NCBI GenBank assembly: GCA_032718475.1 | Contig: JAUCBJ010003718.1 | Span: 1 to 62,400 of the forward strand | Direction: 5' to 3' | DNA from: Nemertoderma westbladi | Lineage: Eukaryota; Animalia; Xenacoelomorpha | Length of the DNA stretch: 62,400 nt | Program-made: the position numbers and the translations under genes | Shown here: in pieces, positions 34,765 through 45,956 of the stretch | How positions within the stretch are numbered: position 1 is the first letter of the stretch | Layout of the letters: each line of letters begins with the position of its first letter | Notes under the pieces: generated by a model | Database searches by the model: none | Told to the model about the DNA's origin: nothing | Seen by the model: only the letters and a program-made list of their open reading frames with translations

Positions 34765-35005
34765 TATTATTATTATTTAAGCTCTCTCTACTTGACTCCA
34801 TTGTACATACAGTATAATGTTAAATTATAGACATCTGTGACCACGTTCATTGTCGCATCTTCTACAGTATATGCGAGGGATCAATATTTTACTGACTTTA
34901 TTTAAAGCGGATGAACTATAGATATAGTAATATAATTCGAGTTAATATTGATTAATTACGGTCATATGCGACCAAAATGAATTAATATACAGTATAAACC
35001 TAAGC

Positions 35006-36109
35006 TTATTGAATATGAGGTACCCACGACTGTTTCTTGGATCCGATGAATCGGACTAAATATTCTTTCTTCCCATTGCGTACACGTTCTTTAAGTTTGC
35101 CAATATTTTTGTCAATTGGTAGATAAATATTACTATTCGGGTGGACCTTTTGGAGTTCGTGAGAATAAAATGAGCCATTTATTATAGCTCCAGCGCTGTC
35201 CTTAATATCGAACATTACCGCTGGTACTCTATCCAACCTGACACGATGAATAATAAATAATTCACGTGTCCATTGTTCTCGATAGCCTTTAGCAAAAGCA
35301 GTACGAGCGATAGATAATCTTACTATATCTCCAACTTTAAATTTTATTTTCTTGTGATTAATCTGTCTATATTTCCCATATAATCTATTCATTAATTCAG
35401 TTTCATTAAATTTATTAACTTCAATGGGAGTCATTTGTATTGTCCTATGATATGACCTATTATAAGCATAAATGAGCTTCGGTAAAATTTTTATCCAAAC
35501 ATTATTTCCTCGTTGCGTGAAAATTTTGAACATCTTTGTTTTTAATGTTCTATTGAATCTCTCGACAATAGCCGCCTTATTCACAGAATATATTACGTAA
35601 TACTGTATACCTAACGTATCTAAATATTTTCTTACAGATTTATTTAGAAACTCAGACCCTTGATCAGTCGCGATTCTGTTTGGTTTTCCTTTCTGGAATA
35701 TTTTTTGCAATATACTAATAATTTCAATACCCTTTTTTGTTTTCATAGCATAGGCAAAAGCAAGCCTGCTAAAGGCATCAATACATGTTAATATATAGTT
35801 ATAATTATTATTTTGCGATTTATATTGCTGCATATCTACCAGATCTATCATATATATATCTTTTAACCCTCCCGTAAATATTTTAGATGTTGGATAATGA
35901 TGTCTACGTGGAGCGTGAAGGGTGTATGTCTTTTGCCCGCTCAACCATTTCTGGGCTTGTGCTGGTTTGATGTTTGCAGCTTTTGCTAATTTTGCAACAC
36001 TTGCAAAACCCGCGAGGGATGACGGATCTAAATAAATTCTTAACAGTTTTTTGTCTAAGCTTCGGCTTAAAATCGGTTTCATCTTGCGTGGCATCTTTTC
36101 GACAACCAC
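35006..36109 (-). CDS. Retroviral-type (RVE) DDE integrase with degenerate C-terminal chromodomain
   Basis: IDLVDM, CIDAFSR, TDQGSEF, KAAIVERFNRTLK, YNRSYHRTI, FAKGY..WTRELF, EYLVRFIG..SWV. Confidence 0.96.
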   Translation of the reverse strand: MVVEKMPRKMKPILSRSLDKKLLRIYLDPSSLAGFASVAKLAKAANIKPAQAQKWLSGQKTYTLHAPRRHHYPTSKIFTGGLKDIYMIDLVDMQQYKSQNNNYNYILTCIDAFSRLAFAYAMKTKKGIEIISILQKIFQKGKPNRIATDQGSEFLNKSVRKYLDTLGIQYYVIYSVNKAAIVERFNRTLKTKMFKIFTQRGNNVWIKILPKLIYAYNRSYHRTIQMTPIEVNKFNETELMNRLYGKYRQINHKKIKFKVGDIVRLSIARTAFAKGYREQWTRELFIIHRVRLDRVPAVMFDIKDSAGAIINGSFYSHELQKVHPNSNIYLPIDKNIGKLKERVRNGKKEYLVRFIGSKKQSWVPHIQ

Positions 36110-36145
36110 AAGTAATATGTATATTCAAATCTCTTATAAAGGGCA

Positions 36146-36316
36146 TCACCGTAAGAACAACTGAAATTTTTTAATTATTTTCTTTGAAGTTGATGTTTTG
36201 AAGGGTTTTCTTTTTGTAGTATTTACTCTAGGTATATCTTGAGGTTTTAAATCAGTAGCTAACGGTTTACTCGATACTAAATATAATTTTCTAAATGTTA
36301 CTCCTGTTTTAACCAT
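36146..36316 (-). CDS. Short ORF (56 aa) at the usual PZ position
   Basis: MVKTGVTFRKLYLVS..; starts 2 nt after the upstream stop; RKLYLV echoes the KKMxLV N-terminus of Maverick PZ proteins. Confidence 0.35.
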   Translation of the reverse strand: MVKTGVTFRKLYLVSSKPLATDLKPQDIPRVNTTKRKPFKTSTSKKIIKKFQLFLR

Positions 36317-36318
36317 TA

Positions 36319-36702
36319 TTACCGTCCGCGGTTAATTTTTTTCGCAATAGCTGCTCCAGCAGCGGCGGCACCGGCACTCGCGGCGAGTTTCGCACCAATG
36401 CCGAGTAAGGGTATTAGAAACGGTAGTATACCTCCAGATTGATTGCTTAACTTTTTTCTGTAACTTGATATATTTTTTGTTTTACGATTGAATGATTTCA
36501 ATACCTTCTTATAGCGGCGAATATTTCTAAATGAATGAGGGGTCAATTGTACATTACCTTTTAGAACATTTAATGCAGTATTTACAATGAGCCGTATTAA
36601 TTCGTTACTCGCGGTATGGTTAATAAAATAAGTTCTTTGTTGAGGGGTAGCGCTGCGTAGAAATTCCAGTTCGTTACGATATTTCTGCACAAGTCTATTC
36701 AT
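36319..36702 (-). CDS. PW/pX-like virion protein
   Basis: Basic N-terminal part, then QSGG followed by hydrophobic ILPFLIPLLGIG (cleavage site plus hydrophobic peptide). Confidence 0.8.
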   Translation of the reverse strand: MNRLVQKYRNELEFLRSATPQQRTYFINHTASNELIRLIVNTALNVLKGNVQLTPHSFRNIRRYKKVLKSFNRKTKNISSYRKKLSNQSGGILPFLIPLLGIGAKLAASAGAAAAGAAIAKKINRGR

Positions 36703-36739
36703 TGTTGCAACATTATTGAAAATTGTTACAAAATATTAA

Positions 36740-37420
36740 TTATTTATCATTATTATTATTATTATTTTCGCTACGTTTATAGTCAATGTAATTTTTAATG
36801 TAACAATTATGATTACGAAATATATCCGATCTAAATCTTAAATGTTCGGGTGTTTCCTGTCGTAAATCAATTAAGAAATGCGAAAATGGTTCAATTGTCG
36901 CATCTTGATAGGAATCAACTAAAAATTTGGTCTGCCCTGGTAACATCTGCTTCGCGAAATTTAAAACCGATAAACTGTCTCGCGGATTTTTTATTAATAC
37001 TAAAGTATGGCTATTAATTGATCTTGTGCGATTATGCTTCCCACCGTAAAACATGTTTTGCGTTATAAAACAAATAAATATATTGGAATGATGAGCTACC
37101 TTAGTAAACAATACAGTTAAAGCTGTACTGGACTCAGTTTCTGTTAATAAATCATCTATAATTAATAAATCTCGACTATTCACTAAACTATCTATATTTT
37201 CAGGCAAACCTTTGTAAAGGTGAGTAATACCGGGAATAGTCGGGGGATTGCTCCCGTAACAATACAATACTCGCAAGGGGGCTTCGTTGAAACAACCATT
37301 CTTGTGTTTAATTAAATTACTGACAAACGTTGACTTTCCAGAACCAGATGGCCCAGAAATTATCATACCTGTTCCCATTTGAAAGTTTAAATTATATGGA
37401 CCTGAATTAAAGTCAGCCAT
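36740..37420 (-). CDS. FtsK/A32-like genome packaging ATPase
   Basis: Walker A GPSGSGKS, Walker B LLIIDD, FTKVAHH, ITQN, RSINS, KNPRD. Confidence 0.95.
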   Translation of the reverse strand: MADFNSGPYNLNFQMGTGMIISGPSGSGKSTFVSNLIKHKNGCFNEAPLRVLYCYGSNPPTIPGITHLYKGLPENIDSLVNSRDLLIIDDLLTETESSTALTVLFTKVAHHSNIFICFITQNMFYGGKHNRTRSINSHTLVLIKNPRDSLSVLNFAKQMLPGQTKFLVDSYQDATIEPFSHFLIDLRQETPEHLRFRSDIFRNHNCYIKNYIDYKRSENNNNNNDK

Positions 37421-37636
37421 TTATTATTATTATTAAGATATATCAACAATACAATATAATATAATATAAATATCAATATCAATAAACCATCACCATTACT
37501 ATGTATATAACAATAATTGAGGCAACTACAATATTAGAGTACTGTATATTTAATTAACATATGACACAACTACAGTATGTGACGCTCGCTGCAACAAAAG
37601 GTGCTATTTCCAATTATAGTATAGACTGACGTAATT

Positions 37637-38089
37637 TCAAGCATGGTGAGCATCTTTATACGCGAAATAATGATAGGTAACATCGGCGGTTTGGAAATCA
37701 CTTCCCGAGAATTTCGCACTAATGATTTTTTTATGTTCGCTGCTAAAAAAATAAGGAATATAGTAGCGACACCGTCGTACTACATTTCTATAAAAAATAT
37801 TCTCCAATATTGTAAATAAATCTCCCGGATCATTACTTTCCGCAGAAATATAAGTTATATTTCGAAGCTCTTTCCAATAATAGGGTTGATAACTTGCCAA
37901 CTTTATATTAAACTTAGATATGGGTGCGCGACAAATAAGACAAATTTTAGAACAATAATTATTCATTTCGGAATATTGTACAATACATTGTACGCAAGTT
38001 GCATGTTTATTTTCACATTTATAATAATCTCGATGTTGTTGCAATAACTTAGAATAGCAAACTGGACATTTTTCATTTAAAATATCCAT
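37637..38089 (-). CDS. C3HC4 RING-finger protein (putative E3 ligase), Polinton accessory
   Basis: CPVC..C-x3-H-x2-C-x2-C..CLICRAPI; intact homologue at 61768-62220. Confidence 0.8.
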   Translation of the reverse strand: MDILNEKCPVCYSKLLQQHRDYYKCENKHATCVQCIVQYSEMNNYCSKICLICRAPISKFNIKLASYQPYYWKELRNITYISAESNDPGDLFTILENIFYRNVVRRCRYYIPYFFSSEHKKIISAKFSGSDFQTADVTYHYFAYKDAHHA

Positions 38090-38297
38090 TTTTCCAAATT
38101 TTAAAGTAAATTGAAAATAATTACCTCAATACACAACAACAACAACAAACAAATCTGTTATACTGTATATACAATTACTACTACAATTTTCGATTATTTA
38201 AAAACATCAAAATTTTATAAATAATCATAAAATATTTATAATATAGCGGGAAAAGTCAAGAATCAATGATATTATCAACATATTCAACATTATCTGT

Positions 38298-38699
38298 TTA
38301 TTCTTCAGTTTCGACAAAGGATTCTTTTGAAATCATTACAATAAAGAAAGACATAATTTCATAGGGATTATGGCGATTTAGCCGTATTTCAAACTTTTCA
38401 CCAGCTTCGTTGTATTGTGTAATAACAATTAACCCCTCTATCATGGATAATAGTAAGATGTTGCTTAATTTTCCCTCATGCTCAACTTTCAGGTTGTAAT
38501 CTAAGAGATGAATACTATTATCAGAAGCATCAATATCAATTGAGCTTAAAACTTTCCTGGCTTTTTCAGAAAACTCAATTTTATATTTATCATCTCCCCG
38601 ACGGTAAATTGTATAATCAATAACAATATAGGCTTCCCCATCTTCTGCAAAAAATGAATGCCTTACTATTGGCATAACCATATCGGAATCAGAAGACAT
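38298..38699 (-). CDS. Polinton accessory protein of unknown function (shorter at the C-terminus than the copy at 61156)
   Basis: Conserved in the second copy; preceded by TATA and TCATT; TAA here corresponds to TCA in copy 2. Confidence 0.7.
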   Translation of the reverse strand: MSSDSDMVMPIVRHSFFAEDGEAYIVIDYTIYRRGDDKYKIEFSEKARKVLSSIDIDASDNSIHLLDYNLKVEHEGKLSNILLLSMIEGLIVITQYNEAGEKFEIRLNRHNPYEIMSFFIVMISKESFVETEE

Positions 38700-39278
38700 T
38701 ATTTAATTAATTTATTTTATTGTAAATCAAACAAACAAAGTAAAAACTTTTAAACTAAAACCATTACAAATGATTAATTGTGATTAAAGCAAGAGATTAT
38801 ATATATAAGATATTTTCAAAAATAATACAGGTCTTAAACTGAGAAATAGCCTAAATTCGGATTATTGATTGGTTGATTAGCCGGTAGGGAAATGCAGTTT
38901 AAACAAAAATTATTGCGTAATAATAATAATCACTAATGCTCGTATACACGTAGCTGGAACGTGGTGGAATTTCATGTATCATACTGGGTGGTTGATTTGG
39001 TGACAGCAGTCGTGGAGTTGGCAATCAATATAATATAATATATACATGATGCGTGTAGATGGTCACGTCATCACCATATACAGTATACAGTGGTGGTGGT
39101 AACGTGGCAGTGGTGGTAACGTGGCGAAAAGGTGAATAACCGTAGGGTTAGGCAAGCATCGCTGTTGATTGGTTGGTTGGTGAGTGGTTGGGTGGGTAAC
39201 AGCTGTGGATTGAGTAGCGATGGGTTGGGGGCTAGCCATGCATCGTGAGGTTAGGCTATGTGAAGATGAATATGCAAT

Positions 39279-39598
39279 GGTTGGTGAAAAATTGCGATTT
39301 GAAAAATAGTAGAATTTACCTGATGCTAAGTGTAGACACCCGAACACCTGTAAAATAAAGGTTGGTGATTGGATGCAGTACTAGCGTTGGGTGACTAATA
39401 ACGCCTCTAGCGGAATAAGCGGGAACTTGAGAAGTTACCATGGTTACGGATGAAATGCTGACATCTGATTGGTTGAAATAATAACGACCACAGCTAAAGG
39501 TTGAAATGGTGGCTTCTGATTGGATGCAGTACTAGAAATGGATGGTAATGATGGGCTACGGGTGAACATGATGCAGCGTCATAGCTTCTTATACTACT
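39279..39598 (-). repeat. Polinton right TIR
   Basis: Inverted match to 21692-22009. Confidence 0.95.
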
Positions 39599-41060
39599 TC
39601 TAACACTCCCTACTAACAGTACTACGTACCCTCTTACTAACTCCTCTAACGCTCCCTACTAACGGTACTACGTACCCTCTTACTAACTCCTCTAACTCTC
39701 TCTACTGACGGTACTATGTACCCTCTAACTCTTCTATACCTCTAACACTCCTAACTAACGGTACTACGTACCCTCTTACTAACTCCTCTAACACTCCCTA
39801 CTAACGGTACTACGTACCCTCTTACTAACTCCTCTAACTCTCTCTACTAACGGTACTATGTACCCTCTAACTCTTCTATACCTCTAACACTCCTAACTAA
39901 CGCTACTACGTACCCTCTTACTAACTCCTCTAACACTCCCTACTAACGGTACTACGTACCCTCTTACTAACTCCTCTAACTCTCTCTACTAACGGTACTA
40001 TGTACCCTCTAACTCTTCTATACCTCTAACACTCCTAACTAACGGTACTACGTACCCTCTTACTAACTCCTCTAACACTCCCTACTAACAGTACTACGTA
40101 CCCTCTTACTAACTCCTCTAACTCTCTCTACTAACGGTACTATGTACCCTCTAATGCTTCTATACCTCTAACACTCCTAACTAACAGTACTACGTACCCT
40201 CTTACTAACTCCTCTAACACTCCCTACTAACGGTACTACGTACCCTCTTACTAACTCCTCTAACTCTCTCTACTAACGGTACTATGTACCCTCTAACTCT
40301 TCTATACCTCTAACACTCCTAACTAACGGTACTACGTACCCTCTTACTAACTCCTCTAACACTCCCTACTAACGGTACTACGTACCCTCTTACTAACTCC
40401 TCTAACTCTCTCTACTAACGGTACTATGTACCCTCTAACTCTTCTATACCTCTAACACTCCTAACTAACGGTACTACGTACCCTCTTACTAACTCCTCTA
40501 ACACTCCCTACTAACAGTACTACGTACCCTCTTACTAACTCCTCTAACTCTCTCTACTAACGGTACTATGTACCCTCTAATGCTTCTATACCTCTAACAC
40601 TCCTAACTAACAGTACTACGTACCCTCTTACTAACTCCTCTAACACTCCCTACTAACGGTACTACGTACCCTCTTACTAACTCCTCTAACTCTCTCTACT
40701 AACGGTACTATGTACCCTCTAACTCTTCTATACCTCTAACACTCCTAACTAACGGTACTACGTACCCTCTTACTAACTCCTCTAACACTCCCTACTAACG
40801 GTACTACGTACCCTCTTACTAACTCCTCTAACTCTCTCTACTAACGGTACTATGTACCCTCTAACTCTTCTATACCTCTAACACTCCTAACTAACGGTAC
40901 TACGTACCCTCTTACTAACTCCTCTAACACTCCCTACTAACAGTACTACGTACCCTCTTACTAACTCCTCTAACACTCCCTACTAACGGTACTACGTACC
41001 CTCTTACTAACTCCTCTAACTCTCTCTACTAACGGTACTATGTACCCTCTAACTCTTCTA
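39599..41060. repeat. Higher-order tandem array, 142-bp unit (46+50+46), inside the LTR element
   Basis: TACCTCTAAC recurs at 40021 and 40163; variant CTAATGCTTC recurs 426 bp apart (40151, 40577). Confidence 0.92.
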
Positions 41061-41285
41061 ACTTAACTAGCTTTCTACTTACTTTCTGACTTTCTACTTA
41101 TTTATTATTTAATTATTTTTATTATTAATTTTTATTAATTAAATAATTATTTTGCGTGGGAAGGGCGTTTCGCCCTCATTCCCACCCCCCTCAGTCCAAA
41201 ACATTGGACGACTAAAAACTCTCAGGTGCCCCTTCTTCCAGTAGGCACTCTCCCACTGCCCTCCTATACGTCCTCTAACTCTTCG

Positions 41286-44200
41286 CTACACTCTCTTCGA
41301 TACTACCTCTGCTGGCCTCCCCCTTTGTATGTGCGCTGGCATTAAAGGCCTCGACGACCCCCGCTCGTACCTCGGTATACACGACGTCTGCCCATGTAAT
41401 GCCCCCTCGCACTGTGTCAGTCCTGCGTGCGTATGCAACAGGCCTCCTTCTACTTTCCCGGCTCCTTTATGTTTGCTCATGGGCTTCTCTGCCCCTGGTC
41501 TAGTCCTTTCACATCCTCTCCCTTTCCAACACTCTCCGGATCTGTGTCCTTTTACCACACATCGATGACATAGTCCATTTGCGTCTGTGTAGGCTACACG
41601 ATCTCGTTTGGGCAACGCTTGCCAGTGCTTACAACTCCTGGTCTTATGGGTTCCGTCCCGATGTAATTGACATTCGAATCCTGGATTATAGCGTTTCCTG
41701 TATAGTCCTTCACGTATCGCGCGTAGGTTTATATGTACCGATTTAGTGTTTCGATTGCCTAGACTCGGCCTACTGGGTATATTGGGATTGTGTTTATTTT
41801 TGGTGTTATTTTCTTTCTGTCCCTGCCACGGTGTGGCCCTGCTACCAGCTAACTGTGGACTAGCAGTCCCCTGTATGGCCGCGTGTGGTAACGACTGTCC
41901 GCACGACCTGTTCTCGTCCAAGGGGTTCGATGTTCTTGCTCCTATTGGGGTATATTGTTGATATTGTGATGGGGGAATGTCACCCTGTCCCCCCCCCCCC
42001 CCCCCGGCCGGTATGTTTGGTACCGGGGTTGATGTTAATATATTGGGGCCCATACATCTATCTCCAATAACTCTCCCCTCCCCTGATATATGTTATGTCC
42101 CTGTGTATTATAGTCATGCTGCTGTACCGATATAGGCCTACCCGCTTCCTGCCTACCTACCGGTATATACTCCGCGGCTTCCGGGTTTAATCCCGTCGTT
42201 CGCGCTACCCTATCGCCTATTCTATCTCTCCCAGCATGGCCTATAATAGTATGTGCAGTAAGGCCTACAGTATGTCCTGCAGTCTGCATGTGCCCTTTCG
42301 AACCGAAGTTTATTCTTCTCGAATCTCGAACCTCCCCGCGACTACCGCACTCTCGATCGGCAGCTATATCCCGTCGGGAAGCTTCTCTTCGATCCCCTCT
42401 CCTGTTCTCGACTTTGCATTGGTACGTCCTGTACCCCTCTCTTGGCGTGCGGTGCGTTTCTCCGGGGCGACGGCAATCTCCCGAAGTTCGACCCCACTGA
42501 CTCCCTAATTCCATCTCTACTATCGACGGTCCGTTATCCGTCCTCGCACTCCTATCGTTCGTGGCGACACTTTTTCTACTATCTCCTCTTCTTCTCTTTT
42601 CAGTGCAGTATTCCGGCTCGTGAGATCTCTCGTCGACCTCCCGGTTAAACTCCATTGTTCTTCTTCCCTCTTCTAATCGGGCTCGACGCTTCGTCTGCCC
42701 TCTCACGACGTCAACCTGCCTCTCTCTGCTCGATCGCACGCCGCTGGGGATACTCGCAATCCCCCTATTACTCTCCGTCGCCGGGTGTTGCGGTTTACCT
42801 AGCTCGGCCCGCGCATTATCCGCCGACGCCTGTGGGACACTCTCTGCCCCCCCCCCCCCTCTCTCTACTAATCTCTCGCGGTGGGGTGTCCGTAAACCCC
42901 CCCCCCCCCACCCGCTACTTCTAACTTCACTATCTCTTACTACACTTCTACACCCCTCTCGTGGGGCATTCTCTGCCCCCCCTCTCTCGCCACTAATCTT
43001 ATGTGGTGGGGCGCTCGTAGCCCCCCCCCCCCCCCACTCGCCACTTCTAACTTCACTATCTCTTACTTCGTCTCTACACCCCTCTCTAGTCGACGCACTG
43101 TCTCTACTACTGCTGGGTCTATTCACCCCCGCCTCTCTCTCTACTACTGCGTGGCCTATCAGGCCCACCTCGGGTTGGCTCAACCCCGCTACCTCCTGCC
43201 TACCAACTACGTGGCCTGCCAGGCCGCCGTCGGGTTGGCTCAACCCCGCCACTTCCTGCCTACTAACTACGTGGCCTACCAGGCCGCCGTCTGCCGGGCT
43301 ATACACGTCTGACACGCTCATATTAATAGCACCATTCCCAATATTATTTGTTAAATCAATTAAATTATTAGAATTATTAGAATTTGAAAAGGAATTATTA
43401 TTTAAATTATTTAAATTAGAATTGTTATTATTTTCAAAATTTAAATTATTATTCGAATTATTTGGATTATTCTGAATATTTGAATTAATATTGGTTCACG
43501 GTCCTTGACATAGGTGACCATTATTACCGTAATGTGTGTGTGTGTGTGTGTTAGTGTGTGTGTGTGTGTGTGTGTGTGTCCAGAGCGATATCTCAGTTAT
43601 TTATTAATCAATCGAAACAAAATTTGGACAAAAGTTAGATATAGGGATGGCGAAGGCTCATACAAAAAATTGGGTGTCGAGATGGTATTTGTGCGATGTG
43701 AGCGCTATATTTGCGTGTTTTCGCATGGTTTAGGAAAAAGCTATCTTGTCATAGGGAACGCAATGAATGATTCTGATATTTGGCATGGAGGTACCTGAAT
43801 TATTTGTAAATCGATTAACGGAGGCCGATTTTTAAATTTGGACCTACATTATGACCTAATTGAAGATTTAATTAAGGTAATTAATTAGCACTGCTAGTAC
43901 TGTCTGATTGTCTGCCTGTAGTAGGCATACCGGACCGGTACTACCTGACCACTGTAGGCCTATCTGCCTATCTTCATACTGTCATAGGTCAGTACAGCAG
44001 TAGGTCCTAGCCTAGCCCTAGCAGTAAATATAATATTTCGCCATGTTCGCAGGCGACTTCGCACTGACTACCAGTAGGCCTATGCAGCTATGCTATGAGA
44101 TTAACCGTCCAGTCGTTCAGATGCATATGGTACCGGTACTGGAACGGGTTACGGTTTAATCCTGCATTTGTCAATTACGACAATACCGGTACGACTTTGA

Positions 44201-45906
44201 GTACCGCTGTACCGGTACGCGGTAGCCTACCGTTACCGGTTGACCGGTAGGCGTAGGCGGTAGACCTACGGTGCGATGGTAGCCAGCCGGTAGGTGGTAG
44301 GCTTACCGTACCGGTATAAATGTTGGCGGATGGCGGGATGACGTCGTGTGGCGCGTAATTACTTACCGGTTGCCGGTAGACGCCTACCCAACTCGTAACT
44401 GGTGGTCGTGGTCGTGGTGGGATGAGCACAGGAGCATGAGGTCGCCTACGACTGTACGATGGGAACAAGTGAAAAGGAAACATAGGCCTACCCGAACGAA
44501 AACGTATTATTATTGTACTGATTAAGTAGGAGGACCGTGAACCTTCCAGGCTTGCCAGCTTGTTATTATTTGAATTTGAATTACCGGGTAAAATATTTCC
44601 TGTAATAAAGGGATTAGGGTTATTTACTACGGTACTATTAATATTAACTATTTCTAACGTACTACTACTACCCCCCCCCCCCCCCCCCCCCGCCCGTACG
44701 GCTACACCAGTTCTGGTTCTCTCGCCCGGTGTATGTAAGTGGGGTCTCACTCTCTGATAGTTCCAACCGCGCCAGTTCTAGTCGGCGCTGATTCAGTTTG
44801 GCCTGATATTGTGTAAGCCTCTCTTGCTGGGCACGCAAATCATCCCGCACGCGCTTACTCTCTATCTCTCTCTCTCGTATACTCTGCTCGGCCAACTCTG
44901 CCTTTCTCGCAATCGTCTCATACCACCTCGCCGGCTCGCTCTCTACTCTCATCTCCCGCTCTCTACACTCCTCGGCTCTCTCTCTACACTCCTCGGCTTT
45001 CTCTCTATACTCCCTCGCCAACTCTCCTAACCTCTCTGAAAATGCGGTTTCCTCTCTCAATTGTCTCTCTAACTCATTCTGCTCATTTGCCACCATTTCT
45101 AATTTATACGTCAGAATCTCCCGCACCCTTCTTTCTTTTGCGGAGGATGTAGCAGACTTATCGGTTGCGACGGACTCCCGTCGCCCCTCCGTCCCACCAA
45201 CTTTCCCCCGCCTCCCGGAACTTCCTCCGACCGACGAGACCGAATCCTCGGGTTTAACCTCGGATTCGCCCTCCTCAGGTCTCTTCCAACCCACTAATTT
45301 TACTCCCCGGGCATCGACTAAGTATGGCCCTACGTACACTACGCTAGGTTCCATACCCCCACATTCCCATAGTTCAAACAGTTCGCTGGCAACCCCTTTT
45401 GCTCTCTCCTCGGCTAGTTCTCTCTGCCCAAAACGCATTAGGTAATCAAAGTGTCTGTTCCACTCTCCTAGTCGTTTCCTCAATCTCACCTCGTCTATCT
45501 TTGCCCCTCCTTTGGCCTCTCTCAGTTGCTTCCGGGTCGCGAGGTAGGCTCGTCGGAGCCGGTCGCTGACTCCGACGTCCTCATCGCCGACATCTCCTCT
45601 ATCCTTCCGTGTCCGGCGTCGTACCGGCGGCCCCACCGTCGCCGTTCCGGTGGACCGTCCGTCGTCCTCGGCCTGTGGCTGGCCGGCGACATCGGTACGT
45701 CGACCCTCGCTCCGCGTCGACTCGTCTTTCTCTTTTTCGACTCCCGACTCGTCCTCTCCTTGTAGATGGCCCCCCTCATCTTGGATCGCCGGATCGTTCG
45801 TCGACGGATCCGGCGTCGTGGGTTGATACCGTCTCGCCGTGGCCTCACGGATCGTTAGATCGTCGTCCGGGGTCCGCGGCGGTGTCGCTTCTCCTTCTCG
45901 ACTCAT
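41286..45906 (-). pseudogene. BEL/Pao-like gag, fragmented (44668-45906, 42035-43490, 41286-42053) and split by a HINE
   Basis: Coiled-coil N-terminal half; Asn-rich linker open on both sides of the insert; C-terminal Cys/His cluster CQLH..H..C..LCHRCVVKGHRSGEC..C typical of BEL Gag. Confidence 0.7.
43490..44563 (+). mobile_element. HINE/DINE-1-like (Helentron-derived) non-autonomous element
   Basis: 13-bp subterminal inverted repeats GGTTCACGGTCCT (43493-43505 and 44531-44543), partial 5' inverted repeat (GTGACC), (TG)n microsatellite, short 3' stem ending CTTGTT, T-rich site, no TSD. Confidence 0.7.
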
Positions 45907-45947
45907 CTTTACTTTAGTAGCTGTCAGTCACAGTTCGGCAGGCCTAG

Positions 45948-45956
45948 AGTTGAGAC
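45948..45956 (-). promoter_or_regulatory. Candidate self-priming primer-binding site GTCTCAACT
   Basis: Abuts the 5' LTR; no TGG; exactly complementary to AGTTGAGAC in the LTR (46167-46159, minus strand). Confidence 0.55.

Larger units (their letters stand above)
21692..39598. mobile_element. Complete Polinton/Maverick (endogenous adintovirus), 17,907 bp
   Basis: AGTAGT..ACTACT termini, ~320-bp TIRs, 6-bp TSD TCTAAC (21686-21691 and 39599-39604); genes for pPolB, integrase, ATPase, adenain, MCP and two minor capsid proteins. Confidence 0.97.

Noticed and set aside
39599-41060. CRISPR-like appearance of regular arrays (also 5700-7070 and 57972-58206)
   Set aside because: No unique spacers, no cas genes, eukaryotic context.
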